Shown here: piece by piece, positions 40,801 through 46,971 of the stretch | Layout: the number at the start of each line of letters is the position of its first letter | Numbering within the stretch: position 1 is the first letter of the stretch | Origin: Phoronis australis | Lineage: Eukaryota; Animalia; Phoronida | Assembly (NCBI GenBank): GCA_002633005.1 | Contig: NMRA01000258.1 | Span: forward strand, 427,971-491,970 | Length of the DNA: 64,000 bases | Direction: 5' to 3' | The notes under the pieces: model-generated | What the model saw: the letters and a program-made list of their open reading frames with translations, nothing else | The model's database searches: none | What the model was told of the DNA's origin: nothing | Position numbers and translations under genes: made by a program

Positions 40801-43800
40801 TGTTGCATAAACTGCCCTAAGGTCTATACCGGTTAAGTAATAGGGCTAGCACAAGGGAAGTGGGACAAATATTCACCCAGCTTTGTGTCTCACAAAAGGT
40901 CTATTTCTGCTGTCGGCAACCATCCTGGGTTGAAAAGTATCAATGGTAAAATATTATAAATTATTGATGTTTATTTATACTTTTTATGGAGGATTTACCA
41001 AGTTTTAATTTTGTTCTACCAGTATTTTGAAACCATAATGCCTCAATTGCACCAGAAGACTGTCTAGGGCATGATAAACAGAGAAGCACTGCAATCAGAC
41101 AACAACAATAATGCTAGATATTCTACAGCTCTTTTCTTAAAGATGTCCTCCTGATCTGTCACTGGTCCTCCATACTATGTGTATCTTTTGTGGAAGACGT
41201 ACGACACTGTTCTGGATGCCTATTGAAAACATTTCCTTCGGAATTGGACCGTTTTTCCTGTATTAATGTTTCTAGTTCTCGTGTTCACATGGCTGTTTAT
41301 TTCCTTGTATTTTTGTCCACTTCTCATTTCATGTGTTCTGGACAGATGTTTGACTCTCATGAGCTGGCACCTTTGTCTCTGTGTTTTATTCATTATGCAC
41401 CATACATGAAAACTCGCGTATATCAGATCCAATTAAACCGCACAATTTCACCAGAGTATTACAAAGTCTAACTTATATGAGGGACCAAATGTGTGAAGTA
41501 GAAGAGACGTACCGTTGAACTTTGTCTCAGAGTCTTGCAAAAGTCCAATTTGTGCATGCCACTTATGTCAGTTCTATCATAAATCATATTTTAAATAACT
41601 GATCGTATGCATGATTACAGAGTTTTAAGTTGGACCCAATTCTCAGAACACAAACTTCACGGCTTTCACAACTGTCTCGAGTATAAATTCTGATTTAATT
41701 TTACTATAATTGTATGGTGTTTGCACGCATGTTAATGATGTCTCCGTGATATATTTCTTGTAAATCTTACTAATACCCCTTTTTTTAAATAGACCCATCC
41801 ATTTTATACATTGAATGTTGAGTTCTTTTCTTCAGTCAGGTGGTCTAAGCAACTGACTTACTGATATTATCCACTTGTATGCCGTGAATTTGGACTCGTT
41901 TCCTGTGAAAGCAGACTTGAGGAAAGCCTCCTTTTTATACGCACTCCTTTTGGTTTGGTATTATGATTGGAATTGTTACTGGTTGTACTTGCAGATAGCA
42001 TCAAGAGAGAAGACATGAAAAAGTTTGTTGCACGCCCTTGGTCTGAGATGGTGCTGTCTCACAACAAGTATTCCCGCCACAGTGACATTAGCTGTGTGTA
42101 TCTGGTCAACAGTTGTTGCAGTAACAACATGTTGTTGGAGGTTATTATAGAGGACACTGGTGACCTCTACAAGTGTCCTGTGAAACATCTTGATAAAGTG
42201 TTGGAGCCAGCTACTAGTGGGGAAAAGACAGCCACCAATGTGTCGTCTGCTGGCGGGGTCAAAACAACCTCCAGTGTGTCGTCATCTGGTGGGGAAAGGG
42301 CAATCGCCAACGTGAGGTACCCACCATTTGTTTTGCAGTTAGCCTGTACTACTTTGAGGCTTCTAAATTATGAAATGGTTTCCTCATCACAGATTTTCAT
42401 CTCCGCAGAATCCTATCTAGAACTCATACATAATAAGTGCTTGTGTTGACTGTGGTTATAGACATTTAGTCCGTTTTATTATGATAAATGCTTTTGATTT
42501 TAAAAACACGTTGATGAAGCGTGGTTTGAGAGACTTACCATGCTTGTTACAAAGGTTATTTTAGTACGCAGTTGTTCAGATGTCTTTAATTTTGTGAAGG
42601 CGTATTTTTCATAATCACATAAATGAATTAGTATTTTACAATCTTTTTTAAACCTAAAATTGTAATTTGTTGCTTGTAGAATACTGCAGAAAATAGAATT
42701 AGCAGGCATTGTTCATTATCTGTAGACGTTAACGAAACGTAATCTTTGAGAGAATTTTGGAGAAAAACAAGGTAACAACCAGATACAATTTCTGTGTATA
42801 CATTACGTTTCTGTGATCACCAAGGTTTTGTGTGGTTTCATGGATCGACAAGACATTTGTGAAGAGTTGTGACTTTTAGAAACTTACGTGGCCGGTCACA
42901 TTAAACATAAAAGTATGAAGTACTCTGACAAACTTATTTGTGGCATGAGTTGTAAATTATCAAAGAGAAGATGTGTGATTTATTATTTGCCAGACACTTT
43001 CTTGTCTTTATACCACCTTGTTGCTTGCAACACAAAATCATGCTTTGGTTTCAGGTGTCAAGTGTTTTTAGAAAAGAAACTGCTCTCAGAAGTAGTCTCT
43101 ACAAATGATGACATAGAGGCTCTATTGAATGAAACTATAAGAGAAAAAATGGACATTAAGAAAAAGTTGCGAGCCCTAGTCAAGACACGTGCCTGTGACA
43201 TAGGCATGGGTATTCTTTATAAAGAGTGCTGGACACTGGAGGTAAGGATTGTCAGTTGAATCTGGTATTTATCTAACTATTTCACATCGTGTCACAGACA
43301 GGTTCGCCATTTCAAGTTTTAATCCATGCTCGCTTCTTAAAATACATTTCACAAAAGGATGGTCTTCAACCACACACAAGATGTCGCTCTATACCAGGGT
43401 TGTCATCGATTTCCATCACTAGTGTACTAGTTAGATCGTTTGTGGCATTGGTTAATATTAATTTAAAAGCTCTTGATTTCCTAAACTCCTCTCATGAGTA
43501 ACAGCTGATCTTGTGCTTCTTCGTGGCAAGGAAAATTCTTTTGTTAGAGCTGATCAGTCTGTTTAATGATATTTTTGTTTAGGCAGTAGGTACGGTAATT
43601 CTACACGTATTTCGCACAAAATAAATCAAATGTATTTTCCCGATAGTCGGGGTGTCCCTAATAAACTGAATAATTGTACTGATTTCGTAGCTGTGTGTGC
43701 GAAATTGATTGAGTGACCAAGCATGGCTAACTGCCTGTGTTTGAGATTAATGAAATGTGACCCACAGATTGTCAGTGCGATCCATTTAATTGTGATTAAG

Positions 43801-45636
43801 TCACTTCGTCCTGTTCCTGTATTAAAGTACTTTCCCTGTTGTTGGCGAAACTCTCTTTTAAGCATGACTCAGAGTCACACGACACTCATCCAAGTCACCC
43901 TCTTCACTTCGTGTTAACAACAGTATGAGAAGTGGTATGAATGGATGAATTAAGTTGCTTGTATACAATGTGGGTGTGCATTGTTCAACCTTATTAACAC
44001 AGTTAAAGAGGTGTATTAGTAAGATTAATAACAGGGTTTTATATTTATATTATCCAAAGTGCATAACTGACTTAATTTTGCAAATTAGGTAAGTAAAGAT
44101 AGTCCCACTAAGTAGCCTCGTGTTAAATAATTGAGGGACGAAATTTTTTTTTTCTTTTAATAATTTCGTTGTGCAAAATCAGGTTAGTGTGCGAAATAAG
44201 TGGAGAATTACTGTAACGTAAGTAGGCATAGGTTTTTTGTTCCTTGGATAGTCACTGCACACAACATGGAGTTGGTCAAAGCGTGATTGTATTTGTAAGG
44301 ATTGCTGCCATCTGGAGACTGCGTTACACAGTATACCGTTCATGGCAGTAGGATTTTGATGATTCGGACGTTGGGACTTGTTGGTTATTTGCTATGTATT
44401 TCAATGTCAGTATGTGTTGCCATGGTCGTAATGAACTATTGGTGGAATGTTTCTCTAGTACCTTGTGTGTGTCAGTTGTCTTTGTCTTTGTTTCTGTGCA
44501 ATTTAGTCAGTATTCAGTATACTGTTATATTTGGAATGCATTTTCATGTTTGTTTATCTGTGGTTGTTTTAAGTTGTCTATTTTGAACATCTGAAACCAT
44601 CTTCATTCACTCTTGAACTGTGACTGTGGTTGTTGTGTGTAATGCAGTTGCTGTTCATTTTTCATTATACTATGCATGTTTGTAGAATAAAATCCAAAAT
44701 CCCTTGGAACTGAAACTTGTGATGAAGGATGAGATCACAGAGGCAAATCGAAACAACAAGTTGGCTGCACGTTCAGAGATGAGTTCTGGTGTCGGTGGCA
44801 ATCTACTGCAAAAGATGGGCTGGGCTGGTGGTGCCCTGGGGACGGACTCTAATCAAGGTAGGACTGACACTTGTAGGTTGGTCTCTTGTCATTGTTATTG
44901 GTGGTGCCATGGTGCCTTGCTCTAACCCACAGTTGTGCTCAGTAATCCTAGTATCAAGCTTATTGTGGTCCAAAACTGTTCACGTTAATTGTGTATTTCA
45001 GGTCTAACTGCACCAATAAAAACTGGCCCTTACAGTGACTTTACTCAGCGAGGTCTGGGCTTTACCCACGATTCCATGATGCTGATGACGGGCGAGGAAG
45101 GTGAGGACTTCCGTGATCTTGTTGAGGTCTACCTCGACCACTACGTAAAGTCAGGCAACATGGACGAGTTGGTTTTCCCGCCAACAGAGTTCAACTTGGA
45201 GGAGAGACTGGCAATAGTGCAAGTGGCTCGTAAACTCGGCCTGACCACTAACTCGAGTATGCATAAGAACACAAAGTATATGTCAGTGTACCGACCTTTA
45301 GCTCCGAAGAAAATGATGGAGATGTTGCAGGAGGTGGGGGGATCTAGCAATAAGTACGCTCTACATCCACCGGGCACGTTCGAAAAGTGCCCCACCCCAG
45401 CCCCGCATCCTTCCAGGAGTGTGGACGCCCAAGCACCGGGTTTCAACCCATTCGGTGAGAAGGGTTTATTCGCTTCTAAAGACAAGGGTGATTACGTGCC
45501 CATGGATGTGACCCACCCCGTCGAGGACTCTCCTGTCCAGTACACCAAGCCTAGTCAGGCTCCAAAGTGGCAGCAATGGAAGCAGCAACAAGGCGTGGCT
45601 GGCAGCAACAGTCAGGGTGGCGTGAAGAGAGCTTAG
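13846..45636 (+). CDS. NKRF: NF-kappa-B-repressing factor-like protein (multi-dsRBD, G-patch, R3H); 24-exon gene model, ~1,686 aa using the longest donors
   Basis: Exons joined by hand, all GT-AG and phase-consistent: 13846-13861, 18357-18508, 19559-20009, 20606-20704, 22080-22286, 23759-23963 (alt 23918), 24425-24561, 24865-25116, 25389-25544, 25897-25952, 27928-28405, 28947-29102, 31112-31167, 33527-33849, 34094-34174, 34788-34821, 35502-35784, 36949-37140, 38115-38359, 40062-40227 (alt 40200), 41995-42316 (alt 42172), 43055-43241, 44686-44857, 45002-45636 (5061 nt). The C-terminal order dsRBD, G-patch (GGNLLQKMGWAGGALG...RGLGF), R3H (ELVF..EFNLEERLAIVQVARKLGL) matches the NKRF architecture. 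Orthologue versus paralogue is not established. Confidence 0.85.
14269..14877. mobile_element. ~600-bp foldback MITE in NKRF-like intron 1
   Basis: Inverted arms over ~270 bp, e.g. aggcaacacgtagcccct / aggggctacatgttgcct and tctatacatatcttcgatgaag / cttcatcgaagatatgtataga. Confidence 0.85.
15056..15871 (-). mobile_element. 5'-truncated LINE (L1/Tx1-like ORF2 C-terminus, zf-RVT) with frameshift and A-rich tail
   Basis: SWEDVY...RIRWLQFRLLTRILTT...FCGQSKE..KHLFWECETV..FW; a frameshifted continuation at 15141-15329; (TG)n UTR and AATAAA/A-tail at ~15056-15080. Confidence 0.85.
16368..16756. mobile_element. MITE with hairpin-bearing TIRs and 9-bp (or 7-bp) TSD
   Basis: Flanks ggcccaggc / gggccaggc; the core is shared with 55448-55871, 54464-54625 and, inverted, 17950-18152. 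Confidence 0.7.
18357..18508 (+). CDS. NKRF-like exon 2 (Y/Q/P-rich)
   Basis: ttctttccag|AC TAC TCG TAC...CAA CAG|gtaggt; encodes YSYSGQYQPPLPPTPPVQQPPPPPPSQPNHYQQ. Confidence 0.8.
18705..18968. repeat. 30-bp minisatellite (aagttatatctatcaaagtttttgagtcct) x~8-9
   Basis: Direct tandem copies. Confidence 0.9.
19074..19141. other. Assembly gap (68 N) in NKRF-like intron 2
   Basis: N run. Confidence 1.
19559..20009 (+). CDS. NKRF-like exon 3 (SGQ/SY low-complexity)
   Basis: acttgtag|CCG CAG TAT, in frame with ORF 19619; donor CTA G|gtaaag. Confidence 0.8.
20606..20704 (+). CDS. NKRF-like exon 4
   Basis: gtctgctag|GT TCA CTG...AGT G|gtcagt; 99 nt, phase 1-1. Confidence 0.7.
20914..21414. mobile_element. 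hAT-like MITE, TIR cagggcttggaat, ~6-bp TSD
   Basis: Perfect 13-bp TIR; flanks gttccg / attccg; CpG-rich interior. Confidence 0.85.
22080..22286 (+). CDS. NKRF-like exon 5 (basic KKKK, possible NLS)
   Basis: ctgtttcag|TA CCT...ACA G|gtctgg; 207 nt, phase 1-1. Confidence 0.75.
23759..23963 (+). CDS. NKRF-like exon 6 (alternative donor after 23918)
   Basis: atttgtag|GT GAG AAG; two phase-2 donors, AG|gtacgt and GG|gtaaaa. Confidence 0.75.
24425..24561 (+). CDS. NKRF-like exon 7
   Basis: cacttgcag|G ATT ATG CGC...GAG G|gtaatg; open frame IMRESVLTNTSKTLSQFQSQGELATLTEEQ. Confidence 0.75.
24865..25116 (+). CDS. NKRF-like exon 8 (acidic, RKRK)
   Basis: ccttcacag|AA GAC ATG...GAA G|gttagt. Confidence 0.8.
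25389..25544 (+). CDS. NKRF-like exon 9 (dsRBD-like repeat 1, N-terminal part)
   Basis: atttccag|GT AAA...TTC G|gtaggt; 156 nt; paralogous to 28947-29102. Confidence 0.85.
25897..25952 (+). CDS. NKRF-like exon 10 (repeat 1, RVFVSKGGGETPEGAKQQ)
   Basis: ttacag|GT AGA...CAG|gtgggt; 56 nt; paralogous to 31112-31167. Confidence 0.85.
27928..28405 (+). CDS. NKRF-like exon 11 (repeat 1 final helix plus M/G/P-rich linker)
   Basis: gtttacag|TCG TAT GAG...GAA G|gtaacg; lies within ORF 27832-28479. Confidence 0.85.
28947..29102 (+). CDS. NKRF-like exon 12 (repeat 2, N-terminal part)
   Basis: ttttcag|GA GCA...TAC A|gtaagt; 156 nt. Confidence 0.85.
29518..29652. mobile_element. Palindromic element with tRNA-derived arms
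   Basis: Arms ...aatctagagacctgtggttcgattcccagttgggttcctgatttttc.gtgtttatttgattca in inverted orientation; related copies at 31521-32020 and 35281-35411. Confidence 0.75.
29963..30855 (+). mobile_element. Helentron-associated (HINE/DINE-like) element, copy 1
   Basis: 5' tttttatgc.cccac, internal ~140-150-bp core repeats, 3' catttcaacgctccgc.ttgctctt; T-rich insertion site; homologous to 32411-33318 and 59433-61560. Confidence 0.75.
31112..31167 (+). CDS. NKRF-like exon 13 (repeat 2, DVFLAKAGGETIEMAKEQ)
   Basis: ttctttag|GT GAT...CAG|gtacaa; 56 nt. Confidence 0.85.
31266..31510 (+). mobile_element. 3' fragment of a CR1/L2-like LINE
   Basis: C.IC....VEDEYHFLLIC..Y..L is typical of LINE ORF2 C-termini; followed by aataaa. 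Confidence 0.7.
31595..31995. mobile_element. Harbinger-like MITE nested in a tRNA-arm palindrome
   Basis: TIR ggcccggtctccaatcttt.tactcgaaatg / catttcgagtacaaagattagagaccgggcc. Confidence 0.85.
32333..33462. mobile_element. Second copy of the 6-bp-TSD MITE, interrupted by a HINE
   Basis: Ends cgagggttggaattttcc / ttggtcattccaaagcccg; perfect TSD agtctt on both sides. Confidence 0.75.
32411..33318 (+). mobile_element. HINE-like element, copy 2
   Basis: SubTIR ttttatgcgcccac ... gtgggcgcat; (tccg)-like microsatellite near the 5' end. Confidence 0.8.
33527..33849 (+). CDS. NKRF-like exon 14
   Basis: tgactag|GTT TTG GAG GTC ACC TGC AAC CGC (paralogous to SYEVACNRL); donor AG|gtgggc. Confidence 0.8.
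34094..34174 (+). CDS. NKRF-like exon 15
   Basis: gtctgcag|G AAG CAC...TTC CA|gtaagt; 81 nt, phase 2-2. Confidence 0.75.
34241..34338. repeat. Hairpin/palindromic repeat
   Basis: catcggatcatatggac...cgggagagcaa / ttgctctcccg..gtccatatgatctgatg. Confidence 0.75.
34788..34821 (+). CDS. NKRF-like exon 16 (34-nt small exon)
   Basis: tttcttgtag|T CTG AAT...GAG|gttagt; needed to bridge phase 2 to phase 0. Confidence 0.75.
35281..35411. mobile_element. Palindromic element with tRNA-derived arms (most tRNA-like copy)
   Basis: gtggttagagcagtagattggcaatctagagacctgcggttcgatgcc gives a D-loop end, an anticodon arm and a B-box. Confidence 0.75.
35502..35784 (+). CDS. NKRF-like exon 17 (repeat 3, N-terminal part)
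   Basis: ttccacag|TAT GTG...GTT G|gtgagt; EENDVECFMKEGVMNPY aligns to EDNDVANFLRYGRMLPY. Confidence 0.85.
36445..36560 (+). mobile_element. tRNA-head SINE fragment
   Basis: A-box-like gtgtagcctagtg, B-box-like gggtttgggtcc, then a ccttgagtcaggttt body. Confidence 0.6.
36949..37140 (+). CDS. NKRF-like exon 18 (repeat 3, C-terminal part)
   Basis: gtgttcag|AG AAC...CTC A|gtaagt. Confidence 0.8.
37158..37275. repeat. 20-bp minisatellite (actatcacagacctgtagac) x~5
   Basis: Direct tandem copies. Confidence 0.85.
38115..38359 (+). CDS. NKRF-like exon 19 (repeat 4)
   Basis: ctcttgtag|GC TTG...ATG|gtatgt; YLYLGDFFLAKGCDPKKQGSKNM is a dsRBD-like beta2-beta3-helix start. Confidence 0.85.
38462..38752. 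repeat. 54-bp minisatellite x~5.5
   Basis: cattcaccaccacggtagctggtatgactagtcatt.tagctgtgtgaaggtgt; accounts for ORF 38486-38773. Confidence 0.95.
38952..39248. repeat. Two ~90-bp direct repeats next to B-box-like sequences
   Basis: agaaatctt.tca.gctt.tattcattaggtc.cgtgatgtg.ccacaggtggc...agactta.aaatgtttgcga.ataca at ~38952 and ~39160. Confidence 0.7.
40062..40227 (+). CDS. NKRF-like exon 20 (AYQAAVKRL helix; alternative donor after 40200)
   Basis: gtttgaag|GCC TAT CAA; phase-1 donors G|gtaaac and G|gtacat. Confidence 0.8.
40301..40610. mobile_element. Foldback MITE
   Basis: tttactctcttaaaattggt...ccttac..gatagaactc.atttc..ttaccaa is mirrored at 40511-40600. Confidence 0.75.
41995..42316 (+). 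CDS. NKRF-like exon 21 (repeat 5, N-terminal part plus S/T/G insert)
   Basis: tacttgcag|AT AGC ATC; donor AG|gtaccc (phase 2), or a weak AA|gtgtcc after 42172. Confidence 0.75.
43055..43241 (+). CDS. NKRF-like exon 22 (repeat 5, C-terminal part)
   Basis: ggtttcag|G TGT CAA GTG TTT...GAG|gtaagg. Confidence 0.85.
43593..44213. mobile_element. Tc1/mariner-pogo-type MITE
   Basis: TA|cggtaattctacacgtatttcgcaca ... tgtgcgaaataagtggagaattactg|TA. Confidence 0.85.
44686..44857 (+). CDS. NKRF-like exon 23 (G-patch, N-terminal part)
   Basis: gtttgtag|AAT AAA...CAA G|gtagga; encodes GGNLLQKMGWAGGALG. Confidence 0.9.
45002..45636 (+). CDS. NKRF-like exon 24 (G-patch C-terminal part, R3H, tail, stop)
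   Basis: tatttcag|GT CTA ACT GCA CCA ATA; RGLGF followed by an R3H-like domain; TAG at 45634-45636. Confidence 0.9.
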
Positions 45637-46238
45637 GAGAACAATGTGCAAAACATGGGTAACGGTAACACTGTGAGGAGCCTGGCAGGGCAGAGCTGTA
45701 TGAACTATAAGTAGGGCCCAGTCACTGTGAAGATCCTGGCTGGACAGGGGTGGGTGAAGTGGGACCCAGACACTGATGAGCCTGGCTGGACTGAGGTCTG
45801 AAAACTATATAAGTAGGACCCAGACACTGTGAAGCCAGGGTGGGTAAACGGACAGTAGGACCCAGCCAGCCACCATTAAGCCTGTAGTCTATCAGTTGGC
45901 TGGATGAACTAGAACAAAGTGAGTTCTTGTAATATTGTCACTGTTGTAAAATTATTTCGGTTTTCATTGAGAAAAATGATTGAAGGCTTTACTAAGATAT
46001 TTTAAGCACACTTTTGTTACTTTTTTGGCTATGTTATTTCTTCCATTTGACTTGGGACAAGTTTCTACTTTTGTAGTGGGGCAATCATTAGGATAAGTGC
46101 TACATACACTGAACACTTCTCCCACGTTTGTGAGTGGTCTCTCTGTCATAGACTCACTGATATCTGTCAATGCTAAGAAGATATGTATAAATGGGGCTTC
46201 ATTAAGCTACTAAGTCTTATACAAGATTCATTTTGGAC

Positions 46239-46366
46239 AATAAAAGGTTATTCAGTTTTCTGGACGGAAGTGGCAGTTTCTGATTAATGATGTCTAATTA
46301 AAATTATTGAAAAGGTTTGTTACAAAATTGGACTTTGGACTTGTGGAATGAAAGATTGTAAATAAA
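46239..46366 (+). terminator. Candidate polyadenylation signals of the NKRF-like gene
   Basis: AATAAA at 46239-46244 and 46361-46366; the second is followed by a GT-rich tract (ggttgttgcattgttttg). Confidence 0.5.
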
Positions 46367-46613
46367 GGGATCATGTAAACCAGAAGGAGAATGGTTGTTG
46401 CATTGTTTTGTTAAGTCTTGCCTGCACTCTATATATTTATAGGCATGTTAAAGGTTTACCTATAGTACATGGGGCATATTATAAATGCTGCATTGTGTTT
46501 GGAGTTGCACCATAGAAGCAACCCCATGATTTTTACACTTTGCTTTTATTGGTTGTTTCAAACTATAAATTACAATGCACAGACACAAAAATTTATAAGA
46601 GAAATGCCCAAGT

Positions 46614-46969
46614 CCGTGGCGGATCTAGGATATTATAAGGGGGTGGGGGCAGCCAACATTTTGCCTGGGGTAATGGGGCAAAGCACGATTGCATGCGCAC
46701 CCAGCCTAAAATATGGGGGGGGGGGAAATTCTGGGTATGGGGACCTTTTTTCTGAAATTCAAACGGAGGACTCAAAAAACTGGAAAACCATTGCACCGGC
46801 GGGTTTGGTTCGGACACACATACTAACTGCACACATTGTTAAATCTTGTTCCAGCCGCATGTTATTTGCCGAATTTCTATAGTAAACTCAATATTTCATC
46901 ACCCTCTTGCTGTTTTTTCTGCGGCAGTCAAAGGGAGGGGGGTGGGCATGCCCCCTAAATCCGCCTATG
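46614..46969. mobile_element. GGCGGAT-TIR MITE (also at 51843-52202, 54761-54930, 59603-60502)
   Basis: gtggcggatctagga / cctaaatccgcctatg with G/C-run subterminals. Confidence 0.8.
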
Positions 46970-46971
46970 TA

